Below, piece after piece: positions 20,023-30,557 of a stretch of DNA of 64,000 bases. A program made the translations under genes and the position numbers. The DNA is from Spirochaetia bacterium. GTDB taxonomy: Bacteria > Spirochaetota > Spirochaetia > SP-2023. The notes under the pieces were generated by a model. It searched no databases. It worked only from the letters and a program-made list of their open reading frames with translations, and was not told the origin of the DNA. The number at the start of each line of letters is the position of its first letter. Position 1 is the first letter of the stretch. Where the stretch lies: the NCBI GenBank assembly GCA_965263295.1, contig OZ253665.1:2240001-2304000 (forward strand). The letters are read 5' to 3'.

Positions 20023-21387
20023 ATGAAGTTTGATTTGATTGGTTTGTCGATGAACCAATTTGTATTACTGTTTATTGCCGTATTCATAGGCTTTTACATT
20101 GGCAAAATACTGCGGATAGGAGTTTCGGGTTGCCTTTTTTCGGGGCTGTTACTGGGATGGGCCATCACTAAATGGGCGCAAAATATTGTAGTTACGGCCG
20201 ATTTACATGTGGGTGCAGCCAATAAATTATTACAAATAAATGTTATAGATAAGATTTTTTTTACGTTTTCCATCATACTTTTTGTCACGGCCATTGGCTT
20301 TCTGGCTGCCGACAAGCTGGGATTTGTGGTTAAAAAATATGGGATAAAATTTATACTGCTCGGTTTTTTAATAACTTTTTCGGGAGCGGCAACGACTTAC
20401 CTCCTTACCGCTCTAAGCGGTAACTTCAACCCCTATGAGGTCTCTGGCGTTTACACGGGAGCCTTGACCAGTTCTCCCGGTTTGGCGGCGGCAATTGAGA
20501 CGACCAAAGATTCTGCGCGCGAACTGGCAGAGAATTATACCGATCTGAATGAACGCAAAAAGGAAGAAATTTTGACAATACTGGGCGATTATAATGCCGA
20601 GGATGCAAGTCAGAAATTAAAGCTGACGCAGGCAGAAATTGATGAATTTGTCGTAAAATCTGAAGCGGCGGTGGGCGTTGGCCATGCCATCGGTTATCCG
20701 TTTGGGGTGATTATCGTGATCTTGGCAATGCGATTCTTTCCGCTTTTGTTTAGAATGAATATTAAGGAAGAGTATGATAAATTTAATGCGGAAATGGCGC
20801 TCGCATCCGAGCGCAATGCGGAAGATCCAGGATTCATTCCCGTCTCATTTGATATTGGAGCATTTTGTTTTGCCTGCACTTTAGGTTATCTCCTGGGGAG
20901 CCTGAAAATATTTTTAGGTCCTCTGGGGTACTTCAGCCTGGGGGCGACAGGCGGTGCCTTGGTGGTTCCTCTATTATTGGGTTGCGTCGGCAAGATCGGC
21001 TTTATGAATTTCAGAATGGACAAGAAAATTCTAGGTGCCGTAAGAGAATTGGCATTGGCATTTTTCCTGGCAATCGTCGGGCTGCGCTATGGATTTGCCG
21101 TGATTGACGCACTGGTAAGTTCCGGTATTTATCTGGCATTTGTGGCATTGGTTGTCGGTTTAATTGCCATGATGCTGGGATTTGTAGTTGGAAGATACGT
21201 ATTCAAAATTAACTGGATCATGCTTTGTGGGGCTATTTGCGGTGGCATGACTTCGACTCCGGGCCTGGGGGCCGCCATAGATGCCCTCGACAATGACGAT
21301 CCGGCTGCGGGATACGGCGCGACATATCCATTCGCTTTGTTTGGAATGGTTCTGTTCACAATTATTCTTCACAGGATACCAATGTGA
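20023..21387 (+). CDS. AspT/YidE/YbjL-family dicarboxylate/amino-acid exchanger
   Basis: Duplicated motifs GALTSSPGLAAA and GGMTSTPGLGAA, GYGATYPFAL; multi-TM. Confidence 0.85.
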   Translation: MKFDLIGLSMNQFVLLFIAVFIGFYIGKILRIGVSGCLFSGLLLGWAITKWAQNIVVTADLHVGAANKLLQINVIDKIFFTFSIILFVTAIGFLAADKLGFVVKKYGIKFILLGFLITFSGAATTYLLTALSGNFNPYEVSGVYTGALTSSPGLAAAIETTKDSARELAENYTDLNERKKEEILTILGDYNAEDASQKLKLTQAEIDEFVVKSEAAVGVGHAIGYPFGVIIVILAMRFFPLLFRMNIKEEYDKFNAEMALASERNAEDPGFIPVSFDIGAFCFACTLGYLLGSLKIFLGPLGYFSLGATGGALVVPLLLGCVGKIGFMNFRMDKKILGAVRELALAFFLAIVGLRYGFAVIDALVSSGIYLAFVALVVGLIAMMLGFVVGRYVFKINWIMLCGAICGGMTSTPGLGAAIDALDNDDPAAGYGATYPFALFGMVLFTIILHRIPM

Positions 21388-21451
21388 TAGGACCTCTATT
21401 GCAGCAGATTTAGGCAAATGAAATTTAAATTACAAAAGGAAGGAAAACAAA

Positions 21452-22633
21452 ATGTCGACAGTTTACGAAAAATCCTTGAATTTACACGAAAAACATAGGG
21501 GAAAATTAGAGGTAATTTCAAAGGTAAAAGTTACAAATAAAGAAGAATTGAGCCTCGCTTATTCTCCGGGAGTGGCCGAACCGTGCAGGAAGATTGCAAA
21601 GGACAAGGAAGATGTTTACAAATATACCAATAAAGGCAATTTGGTCGCAGTTATCACGGATGGTTCGGCGGTATTGGGCCTGGGGAACATCGGTCCTGAA
21701 GCCGCTCTGCCGGTGATGGAGGGAAAATCTATCTTGCTCAAAGAGTTTGCCGGAGTGGATTCTATTCCAATATGCTTGGCGACCCAAGATACAGAAGAAA
21801 TAATCAGGACCTGCAAGTTGTTGGCTCCGGGGCTCGGTGCGATAAACCTGGAAGATATTTCTGCGCCGCGCTGTATACAGATAGAAACGGCCTTGAAAGA
21901 GCAACTCGACATCCCCGTGTTTCACGACGATCAGCATGGGACTGCAATTGTTGTAACTGCGGCCCTGATTAATGCATATAAGTTGTTAAAGAAAGACTTA
22001 GGGAAGGCCAACGTAGTCGTCTGTGGTTCGGGGGCCGCGGGCAGTTCCATTGTCAGAATGCTAGATGAACTGGGTGTCAACGACATAATAGCTGTGGATA
22101 GCAAGGGCATATTATCCAGGGATGATCAGGCGCGGGAATACGATTTTCTCTCTAGAGAAATAGCTGCCATGACTAATTCTCAAAATATACAAGGCGGATT
22201 GTCCGAGGCTGTCCGCAGCGCGGATATTTTCATAGGTGTATCGGTACCGGCAATTTTGACTCAGGAGATGGTCAAGACTATGAATGCCGACCCGCTTGTG
22301 TTTGCCATGGCCAATCCCACACCGGAAATAATGCCGGATCAGGCTCTTGCGGCAGGGGCACGGATAGTGGGAACGGGAAGATCCGATTTTCCAAATCAAA
22401 TTAATAATGTGCTGGCATTCCCTGGATTATTCCGGGGTGCACTGGATGCCCAGGCCCGAAAAATAACGGAAGAAATGAAAATGGCAAGCGCGAAGGCAAT
22501 CGCGGACGTGCTAGATGAATCAGAACTTCGAGAGGATTATATTATACCCGATCCTTTTGATAACAGAGTGGTAAAAGTTGTCGCGGAAGCCGTGGCGAGA
22601 GTGGCAAAAGAGTTGGGAATTTGTAGAAGTTGA
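21452..22633 (+). CDS. NAD(P)-dependent malic enzyme (short type)
   Basis: AYSPGVAEPC, DGSAVLGLGNIGP, MEGK, INLEDI, FHDDQHGTA, TGRSDFPNQINNVLAFPG. Confidence 0.95.
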   Translation: MSTVYEKSLNLHEKHRGKLEVISKVKVTNKEELSLAYSPGVAEPCRKIAKDKEDVYKYTNKGNLVAVITDGSAVLGLGNIGPEAALPVMEGKSILLKEFAGVDSIPICLATQDTEEIIRTCKLLAPGLGAINLEDISAPRCIQIETALKEQLDIPVFHDDQHGTAIVVTAALINAYKLLKKDLGKANVVVCGSGAAGSSIVRMLDELGVNDIIAVDSKGILSRDDQAREYDFLSREIAAMTNSQNIQGGLSEAVRSADIFIGVSVPAILTQEMVKTMNADPLVFAMANPTPEIMPDQALAAGARIVGTGRSDFPNQINNVLAFPGLFRGALDAQARKITEEMKMASAKAIADVLDESELREDYIIPDPFDNRVVKVVAEAVARVAKELGICRS

Positions 22634-22875
22634 TAAGGATAGTTGCCTGTGTGCCGGCCCGCGACAGATACTGTGCGGCAGGCGGGGGCTCGCCTTTGAC
22701 TTCCCTAGATCTTTTCTCCTGGCAAGACTCGATTGAGAAACAAAATTCCCGGCAGATTGGAAAATTTCCAAGTGCCGGAATAAAAATTTTTATGATTTTA
22801 TGAAATCCAACGAGCTGGCCCAACTAGCCTAAGAAGCTGGAAGCTGGCCTCTGATTCCCTTTGATAAAAAAAGCT

Positions 22876-22911
22876 GCCCATGCAAAGCCGCCCATGCAAA
22901 GCCGCCCATGC
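22876..22911. repeat. 14-bp tandem repeat, about 2.6 copies
   Basis: GCCCATGCAAAGCC x2 plus GCCCATGC. Confidence 0.85.
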
Positions 22912-22965
22912 GAGTTTTCCCCGTGTTTAAAGGGCAGCTTGAAACCTTTTGTGCCCTCGATTTGT

Positions 22966-24849
22966 CTATTTTTTACAAGAACTTACATATAAATAACGGG
23001 TCACTCCCAATATGACAAGCAGGGAAAGTATATTCGATATCCAACTGGCCAGTGGAATATCCAAAGTTAAATTGGAGACAATCAATATGGCCAAGAGAAT
23101 TCCGGCGATGGACTCTCCCGCAATCATACCGCTGGCCACCAAGATCCCTTTGTCATGGGCCTCCTCAATCTCGCCCCGCTTTGTCCTGTCGGCGAAGTGG
23201 CGGATTATCCCTCCAATCAGTATGGCAACCGAAAGGCTCAGGGGCAAATAAATTCCCACGGCTACAGGCATGACATGGGTTCTAAGCTTCACATCTGTCT
23301 TTTTTAGGCGTTCATTTAACACAATTAAAACAAGAGCGACAATACAACCGATAAAAAACATATTCCAGGGTATATTTCCTTCTCCGAATAGAGCCTCGGT
23401 TATGCTGGCAAACAGTGTGGCCTGAGGAGCTCGTAGCCCTTCGCCGATGCCGTAGGCGCTGTGCAATAGTGTCAGTACGGGAGCAATGGTAAATGCCGCG
23501 ATAAGAACTCCCAAAACCTGCCCGAATTGTTGATTGCGGGGAGTCGCTCCGAGCAAATACCCGGTCTTCAGGTCTTGGGAAATATCCGCCGCGGTGGCGG
23601 CGGCGCAGCAGACGACTCCCGCGACCCCCAGAGTGGCCAGAAAGGCATTTTCGCCTTTGAATCCGAATACCAACAGCAGGGCAGCCGTAAACAGTAAGGT
23701 ACAAATGGTCATTCCTGAAGCCGGATTGTTTGAGGAGCCAATAAGCCCCACAATGTAACTTGATACAGCCACAAAGAAGAACCCCGCAATAACCATGATC
23801 ACCATGGTCAAGACGGAGATACCAAAATTTTGCGTCAGAAAGCTGTAGAGAACGAGAATAATGATTACGCTCAAAGCGAAAAATCCCCCCATGGCCTGTA
23901 ATCCCATATCGCGGTCGGTTCGCTCTCCTCTATCCCGCCCGGCTCCTGTTTGGGCCTTCATAATACTCCGCAGGCCTCTAGCGACACTGGTTCTTACGGA
24001 AATAATCGACCAGATACCTCCGACAACCATGGCGCCCACGCCTATATACCGTATCTTGGTGGACCAGATTGCATAGGCAATGTCCACGGCATTGTTATCG
24101 AGGGGCATCTCTGTGGGAATTCTGAGCAGGGGAATCCCAATCAGCCAGGCGCCAAGCCCACCCAGAAACATCAGGAAGGCAATTTCCAGTTTGACAATAT
24201 ATCCCACGCCAATCAGTGCCGGAGAAATATCCATTCCGTAAAAGAAAACCCGATTGCCCATAAGCAATGAGGCGCCTTCCACGGTTCCCTTCAAGACCTG
24301 GACACCTGAAATAAAAATCTTGACCAGGCCCCCCATGAGCAGTCCTTTCATAATTGATGCGAAACCGCTCCCGCCGGATTCCCCCGCCTGCAGTACTTCC
24401 GCGCAGGCGATCCCTTCGGGGTAACTCAGCTCTTTTTCATCGACAATCAGGGCCTTGCGCAGTGGGATCATGAAGACCACGCCCAAAAGCCCCCCGGAAA
24501 TAGCGATCAAGGTGGTTGTCCAAAAATTAAAGGTTTGCCAGACCCCGATAATTACCAAGGCGGGAACGGTAAAAATAATTCCTGCCGCCAGCGTTTCTCC
24601 GGAGCTGGCAATTGTCTGAACTATATTGTTTTCTAGTAGGGTCCCCCTTTTCAGGATTCCCCTGAGGATGGCCATCGAAATGACCGCCGCCGGCACGGAG
24701 GCGGAAACGGTGATTCCCGCGTAAAGGCCAAGATAGGCGTTGGCGCCAGCCATAATGACCGACAATATCATGCCCAATATTACAGCTTTCAATGTAAACT
24801 CGGGGATTTTTTCTGCAGCTCCCGAATCTTTTTGCGTTGTGTCTTCCAT
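22966..24849 (-). CDS. OPT-family oligopeptide transporter
   Basis: ANAYLGLYAG, LENNIVQTIAS, YPEGIACAEVL, SQDLKTGYLLGATP, APQA. Confidence 0.93.
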   Translation of the reverse strand: MEDTTQKDSGAAEKIPEFTLKAVILGMILSVIMAGANAYLGLYAGITVSASVPAAVISMAILRGILKRGTLLENNIVQTIASSGETLAAGIIFTVPALVIIGVWQTFNFWTTTLIAISGGLLGVVFMIPLRKALIVDEKELSYPEGIACAEVLQAGESGGSGFASIMKGLLMGGLVKIFISGVQVLKGTVEGASLLMGNRVFFYGMDISPALIGVGYIVKLEIAFLMFLGGLGAWLIGIPLLRIPTEMPLDNNAVDIAYAIWSTKIRYIGVGAMVVGGIWSIISVRTSVARGLRSIMKAQTGAGRDRGERTDRDMGLQAMGGFFALSVIIILVLYSFLTQNFGISVLTMVIMVIAGFFFVAVSSYIVGLIGSSNNPASGMTICTLLFTAALLLVFGFKGENAFLATLGVAGVVCCAAATAADISQDLKTGYLLGATPRNQQFGQVLGVLIAAFTIAPVLTLLHSAYGIGEGLRAPQATLFASITEALFGEGNIPWNMFFIGCIVALVLIVLNERLKKTDVKLRTHVMPVAVGIYLPLSLSVAILIGGIIRHFADRTKRGEIEEAHDKGILVASGMIAGESIAGILLAILIVSNLTLDIPLASWISNILSLLVILGVTRYLYVSSCKK

Positions 24850-25381
24850 TTTGAAATCTCCTTAAATGAAATATTATTTCCAAATATTATTAAAAATTAT
24901 TATCTCCTTACAAATCATTATCCCATTGGCGAATGAACAATAATTTAAAAAAACACTCTGTATGGCATTAAGTGTGCCACGGAATCCCGAAAAAAGCAAG
25001 AAAGTACATGGTCCGCGCTTTTTTACTACGACTACCGACAAGACTCCAAAATCTTCTGAAGCCCTGCCATTTTTTCAAGCAGGAATTGCTGCTTGGGAAT
25101 ACGGCCGGGAGAGCTCTTCAAGCATTATAAACAGAAAATTTTGCAACTCTTTTGAGTGCCGTTACACTTTCCATTTTTTACCTATTCCCACGACGGTATT
25201 GGGAAGCTAGTGTTGAGTAATTGAATATAGGAAAAATATCTTGAAGATTTTGTTGAAAATTATGTGAAAGGAATGCACCTAGCTTGTGCTGCGCGCGCGA
25301 CGAGAAATTGAGTCATGGCAAAATCTCCCCTCAATTACATATGCTTGCATACGCTTCTTGCGCTTGGTTATCGCGCAGGGT

Positions 25382-26263
25382 TTATCCGTTTCGATAAGCT
25401 GCCTGATTCATGGCATTGTGGATGTATGCCAGGGACTGCTGCAGGTCTTTGACACTTTGGTCGTGGGATTGTTTTGCCCAGACTTCAATGACAAATGGAC
25501 CGCTGTAATTTAATTCTTTGAGGATTGCAAAATAATGCGCAAAATCGACCTCCCCCTGGCCGATGGCTAAGTCGCGAAATTGACCGCGGAAACCCGGCCT
25601 TACGCGCAAAGTATCTTTCAGGTGTATGGCTACAATTTCGTGTATGCCGGCCTGGAGGTTCTGGCGGATATTATTGTTCCAGGCAAATAAGTTGCCCAGA
25701 TCTGGATAGACGGCGAGAAATGGCGATGGAATCTGTCGTTTGATCTCCATATACTTCAAAATTGAATTCAGATACGGCGTATCCATGATTTCCAGAGCTA
25801 GGATCACGCCGGCTTGGCACGCCATATGACAGGCTTGCTGCAGGCCCTGCAAGAATAGTTCATGCGTCTGCTCGTCCGCATTTTCGTAGTAGACATCGTA
25901 GCCGGCCAGCTGGATGATCCGCACTCCGAGGTCGTAGGCCAGTTCAATGCCTTGCTCCATGATCTCGGCCGCCCGGCGCCGTATTTCAGGGTCTTTACTG
26001 CCGAAAGGATATTTGCGATGCCCACTCAGGCACATGGAGTGAATCGGAAAGTCGAGCGCCCATGATCGCTTGCGCAATGCATCGCGCTGCTCGCGTGTCC
26101 AATGCAGGCGCTTTAGCCGCTCATCGGATTCATCAATGGAAATTTCCCAATATTCAAATCCCAGTTCACGTGCCATTTCCATTCGGCGGCCAAAGTCCAG
26201 CTCGGCGGGCAAGGCTTTCTCGTACAAGCCGATACGTCTCTGAGCAAACAATTTATTGGCCAT
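25382..26263 (-). CDS. ulaE: L-xylulose-5-phosphate 3-epimerase (UlaE/SgbU)
   Basis: IGLYEKALP, EISIDESDERL, SMCLSGHRKYPFGS, IQLAGYDVYY. Confidence 0.93.
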   Translation of the reverse strand: MANKLFAQRRIGLYEKALPAELDFGRRMEMARELGFEYWEISIDESDERLKRLHWTREQRDALRKRSWALDFPIHSMCLSGHRKYPFGSKDPEIRRRAAEIMEQGIELAYDLGVRIIQLAGYDVYYENADEQTHELFLQGLQQACHMACQAGVILALEIMDTPYLNSILKYMEIKRQIPSPFLAVYPDLGNLFAWNNNIRQNLQAGIHEIVAIHLKDTLRVRPGFRGQFRDLAIGQGEVDFAHYFAILKELNYSGPFVIEVWAKQSHDQSVKDLQQSLAYIHNAMNQAAYRNG

Positions 26264-26942
26264 AATAGGCTCCTTTGCCGTGTTTGCGGTAGTAGTGCTT
26301 GGCCTTCAGGCTGTCTTTCAGCTCTGGGACTTCTGGGTTTAACTGTGTGGATAAAAAGGCCATGCGGGCAATTTCTTCGAGAACCACGGCGTTCTCTAGG
26401 GATTTCATGGCATTTTTGCCCCAGGTAAAAGGCCCGTGGCAGGCGACGAGAATCATTTCGATTTCAGAAGGGTTGAGGTTCTCCAGCCGCCGCACGATTT
26501 GCCGCCCCGTTTCGACTTCATAATCCCCTTCAATGGCGGCATCGTCCATCACGGCCGTACAGGGAATATTGATCGTGGTATAGTCGGCATGGGTGGTTCC
26601 GAGAATGGGAATTTCCCGTTGGGCTTGGGCCCACGAGCAGGCGTAAGTGGAGTGGGTATGGGTGATGCCCCCGATCCCGCCCAATTCGCGGTACAAGACC
26701 AAATGCGTCTGAGTATCGGAGGAGGGCTTGCAGCGTGAATCAACGATTTTGCCATCCATATCGACCAATACCATGGCCTCGGGACTCAGCTCGCCATAGG
26801 GAACCCCGCTGGGCTTTATGGCCATGATCCCGGTATTGCGATCTATTTGGCTGACGTTGCCCCAGGTCAGTTTGGCCAGTTTGTGGGACTGGATCTGCAT
26901 GTTGGCCTCATAGACTTCGCGTCGTAGTTCTTGTAACAACAT
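26253..26942 (-). CDS. araD: L-ribulose-5-phosphate 4-epimerase
   Basis: TWGNVS, IKPSGV, PSSDT.TH, THTHS, GTTHAD, HGPFTWG, RKHGKGAYYGQ. Confidence 0.94.
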   Translation of the reverse strand: MLLQELRREVYEANMQIQSHKLAKLTWGNVSQIDRNTGIMAIKPSGVPYGELSPEAMVLVDMDGKIVDSRCKPSSDTQTHLVLYRELGGIGGITHTHSTYACSWAQAQREIPILGTTHADYTTINIPCTAVMDDAAIEGDYEVETGRQIVRRLENLNPSEIEMILVACHGPFTWGKNAMKSLENAVVLEEIARMAFLSTQLNPEVPELKDSLKAKHYYRKHGKGAYYGQ

Positions 26943-27045
26943 AATGAATACCTTTGGTGATTGCGGGGGCGGGGAGTTCTACTCCCTTGTGATGTATCAG
27001 ACGGGAGGCGCTAAAAGTAAAGCTTGATTAGCGCTGCCATCTGAG

Positions 27046-28107
27046 TTACAAAATAGAGGTGTAGGGTAGATCCGTTTCAATCGTGAACACATCGTGAAAG
27101 CCGCGGTCAAACATGAACTCCATGTTGTTCTTGTCATTTGGCCAGGTGAACTTTCCCCCGACCTGCCAGATGTATGGTTTGAACTTGTATTGCAGGCGAT
27201 CTTTCTTCATCTGCCAGAGCGTGGTCACTTCCTTGGGATCCGCCATAAAATTGGTCCAAGTCTCGTGGTGAATCGGAATGACGACTTTGGCGTTCAAAGA
27301 TTCGGCCATGCGCAAAACGTCCGAGGCTCCCAGTTTATCCGTCATGCCGCGCGGGTTTTCCCCGAAGGCGGCGAGCGCGACATCAATCTGGTTTTCGTTG
27401 CCATGCTTGGCAAAGTAGTTGGAATAGTGCGAATCCCCGCTATTGTAGAGCGAACCGCCCGGTGTCTTGACCAAGTAATTTAAGGCCAGTTTATCCATGT
27501 CGGCCACAGGTTGGCCCTTCAGAATTTCACCTTGTGGGGCTGTGACCAACATAGTGCGGTCAAAGGATTCCAAAGCTAAAACTTCAGTATCCTTGATGCG
27601 GATAGTTTGCCCCGGATGCATGACGTGACAGCGCGACTCAGGGACTCCCCAGGATGTCCATAATTTGATACAAGACTCCGGCCCGACAAAAGGCACGCTG
27701 TCTGGACAGTTCTGCATGATAGCGGCAGTCACATATGGATCGATATGATCGCCATGGCTATGGCTGGCCAATACCGCGTCGACAGTGCGAATTTCAAACG
27801 GGTCGAGGACGCACGGCGCGTTGCGCAGGTTAGGTTGCAGCGCAACACAGCCCGTGGCTCTTTGGTGTTGATGCTGTTTTTTCATCTCCTTGACCTTTTT
27901 GGTGCGCTTGCCAGTTTGTGTCCAGAAGTCGATCAAGATATTGGCGTTACCTTCGGACTTGATCCATATGCCGGTACAGCCCAACCACCACATGGCAAAT
28001 GTTCCCGTTCCGACAACTTCTTCCTCTATTTCTTCGTTCAACCAAGTTCCCCATTCGGGAAAAACAGCTTTTAGCCATTTATCTTTATCCAATTCTTGAA
28101 GATTCAT
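27046..28107 (-). CDS. ulaG: L-ascorbate-6-phosphate lactonase
   Basis: [51 protein letters not shown]. Confidence 0.95.
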   Translation of the reverse strand: MNLQELDKDKWLKAVFPEWGTWLNEEIEEEVVGTGTFAMWWLGCTGIWIKSEGNANILIDFWTQTGKRTKKVKEMKKQHQHQRATGCVALQPNLRNAPCVLDPFEIRTVDAVLASHSHGDHIDPYVTAAIMQNCPDSVPFVGPESCIKLWTSWGVPESRCHVMHPGQTIRIKDTEVLALESFDRTMLVTAPQGEILKGQPVADMDKLALNYLVKTPGGSLYNSGDSHYSNYFAKHGNENQIDVALAAFGENPRGMTDKLGASDVLRMAESLNAKVVIPIHHETWTNFMADPKEVTTLWQMKKDRLQYKFKPYIWQVGGKFTWPNDKNNMEFMFDRGFHDVFTIETDLPYTSIL

Positions 28108-28272
28108 AGTTACTCCTTACTCTTTTGAGATTAAGATATGCTATTATAATAGCACAAGCGTAAAATTTTGGCAAATAAATTCGATCATTTTATGATTGAA
28201 TATGATCTGCCAAATTTTAGTTCGACAAATATTGACTGATGTTCAAAGATAGGAATGGCGTGAGGTAAGCAA

Positions 28273-29046
28273 ATGAAAGTCACAGAGAACCGACAAAATT
28301 TGATTTTAGAAAGACTGAACAGAAATGGTGTGGTACTTGTAGAGGCCCTGAGTGAAGAGCTGGGGGTTTCAGCCATTACTATTCGTAGGGATTTAAAACA
28401 AATGCATGGCAAGGCTTTGCTGGAGCGCATTCACGGGGGGGCACTGCCGCTCAAGAATCAACAAAAGGAATTGCTGTTTGAGGATCGAAGTCACATGCAG
28501 GTCAAGGAGAAGACGGCCATTGCGCAAGAGATTGCCTCAAAAATTAAAGACCATTCAATTATTTTTGTTAATAGTGGCTCGACGACCCTCGAAGTGATCC
28601 GAGCTCTAGCTTGCCGGGAGGTTCAAGTAATTACCAACAATATTGACGCTTTAAAAATTTTTACAGAGGCTAACAAGCCTTTGCCGCTTGAGCTAATCTT
28701 AATTGGGGGTCAATACCGCAAGCAGTCACATTCAATTATTGGAGATATGACGCTTTCATTTATTTCAGACATTTACAGCTCTTATACGGTTTTGGGTGTC
28801 AATGGAATACATCCTGATTATGGTGTGACGAGCTCGTTTTTGCCACATGTGAGTTTGAACAGGTTAATGATAAAAAACTGTAAAGGGAATGTAATCATTG
28901 CGGCAGATAGCTCTAAAATCAATGCCATCTCCGATTTTGTCACCGCACCGTTGGCGGAAATTGATGAGTTGGTGACAGATGCGGCTGCAGATCCGGGAAA
29001 AGTGGCACTGTTGCGACAAGATGGGCTTCATGTCACATTGATTTAA
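28273..29046 (+). CDS. DeoR/GlpR-family regulator (UlaR-like)
   Basis: VSAITIRRDL..LERIHGGA, NSGSTT, VITNN, ADSSK; divergent from ulaG. Confidence 0.92.
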   Translation: MKVTENRQNLILERLNRNGVVLVEALSEELGVSAITIRRDLKQMHGKALLERIHGGALPLKNQQKELLFEDRSHMQVKEKTAIAQEIASKIKDHSIIFVNSGSTTLEVIRALACREVQVITNNIDALKIFTEANKPLPLELILIGGQYRKQSHSIIGDMTLSFISDIYSSYTVLGVNGIHPDYGVTSSFLPHVSLNRLMIKNCKGNVIIAADSSKINAISDFVTAPLAEIDELVTDAAADPGKVALLRQDGLHVTLI

Positions 29047-29360
29047 AATTATAGTTATTCACGATTTTTTAAAAACCTTGCAAAACCAGGCGAGCTATGT
29101 TAGGATACTTTGATGATCGAAATCGGTCTATTGGGGCTTTAATCATTGATCTCTAATGACAGGGTGCTCTTGAGTAAAAGCCGGCACATTTAGTTTTGCA
29201 GACAGCGGATGTCATGGCTAAGTTTCTTCCGTTTTTTGCAGAAATTTAGCCGGTTTTTACACGGTGTTGCCCAGAGCTGTGATCCCGTTGCTTGATTTTG
29301 TTTAATTTCGCTTGGTTTCTGTAGATGCCAAAATTTAGGTAGTCATTAAGGAGTGGCAAT

Positions 29361-29468
29361 ATGAACGCTGTTGTCAGATGCGCAGCAGGTATGCGTGCGA
29401 GTCGAGAAAATATTACAAGAGGGGGGCAAACGTATGGAACGTCCTTTGCTTCAGCTTGCTCTAGATAA
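29361..29468 (+). pseudogene. Possible PTS EIIB (UlaB-like) N-terminal remnant
   Basis: AAGGAG RBS then MNAVVRCAAGMRAS, resembling the EIIB phosphorylation loop CxxGMxxS. Only 35 codons, overlapping the ulaD start. Confidence 0.4.
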
Positions 29469-30084
29469 TTTCAAAGTGAGCGATGCCCTGCGGGCTACCC
29501 GTTTATTAGAGCCGGCGCTGGATGTCATTGAAGCTGGTACCCTGCTTTGCCTGGCCGAGGGGGCCAGTGCTATTGAGGTCCTTCGCGCTTTGTACCCCGA
29601 CAAGATAATAGTCGCCGATTTGAAAATCGTGGATGCGGGCGCCGAGCTGGCGAAAATGGCCTGCCAACGCGGGGCCAACTGGGTGACCGTGATGTGTAAT
29701 GCCGCTGACGCCACCAAAGCAAAAGCGGTAGAGGCCGCAGCGGAGTATGGGGCCGAGATACAGGTGGAGCTGTTTGGCAATTGGACATACGAGCAGGCAA
29801 AAGAATGGCAAGGGATAGGCTTGAAGCAAGTTATTTATCATCAGAGTCGCGATGCCCTGCACGCAGGCGGCTCTTGGGGTGCCGCGAATATGGAGGTCGT
29901 CAAACGCTTGGCAGACATGGGTTTTGAGGTTTCTGTAACCGGTGGCTTGAGCGTCGATGTCTTGCCTCTGTTCAAGGGCATCCCGGTGAAATGTTTTATT
30001 GTCGGGCGGAACCTCCGCGATGCGCCCAATCCTTTGGAAGCCGCGCAAAGTTATCAGTCTGCGATTAATACTTTCTGGGGCTAA
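29434..30084 (+). CDS. ulaD: 3-keto-L-gulonate-6-phosphate decarboxylase
   Basis: PLLQLALD, IEAGTLLC, ADLKIVDAG, IYHQSRDA, VSVTGG; start at ATG 29434. Confidence 0.93.
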   Translation: MERPLLQLALDNFKVSDALRATRLLEPALDVIEAGTLLCLAEGASAIEVLRALYPDKIIVADLKIVDAGAELAKMACQRGANWVTVMCNAADATKAKAVEAAAEYGAEIQVELFGNWTYEQAKEWQGIGLKQVIYHQSRDALHAGGSWGAANMEVVKRLADMGFEVSVTGGLSVDVLPLFKGIPVKCFIVGRNLRDAPNPLEAAQSYQSAINTFWG

Positions 30085-30198
30085 GAGGAGAGCCGCTGGC
30101 ATTAAAGCTGGCAGAAAAATTGCTTTGCGGTTATGGTTGGCCTGATTTAGCTGAGATGCCTGACTATGCGTAAGTAGTAAAAACAACAGGGGGTCTAT

Positions 30199-30510
30199 AT
30201 GAAAATCTACCGTCCAATGGATTTCACGGGAGACCGCGCCTGGCAAGCCCTGGATATAGAGCGGTTCAACGCCGCGACGGTTCGCCTGCACTGGACCGAT
30301 CAACCCTATCGGTGGCATGTGAACGATGGACCGGAAGTCTTCGTCGTTTTACAGGGAGAGGTCCAAATGTACGTCCGTGACGCTTGCGGTGAGCATGCGC
30401 ATCATTTGTGTGCCGGAGATATCTTTCACGCCCAGAACGGCGATCAGCACGTCGCCTGTCCGGTGGCAGAGGCGCGGGTTCTGGTGATTGAGACGCCAGG
30501 TAGCGTTTGA
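30199..30510 (+). CDS. Cupin-domain protein
   Basis: WHVNDGPEVFVVLQG...GDIF...GDQH cupin motifs. Confidence 0.88.
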   Translation: MKIYRPMDFTGDRAWQALDIERFNAATVRLHWTDQPYRWHVNDGPEVFVVLQGEVQMYVRDACGEHAHHLCAGDIFHAQNGDQHVACPVAEARVLVIETPGSV

Positions 30511-30557
30511 TGGAGCCGGTCGCAACAAATGCCTGGCATTGGCTAGCCCGCTATTTG

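Noticed and set aside
24962..25210. 82-aa ORF between the OPT transporter and ulaE
   Set aside because: No RBS or recognisable motif; probably spurious.
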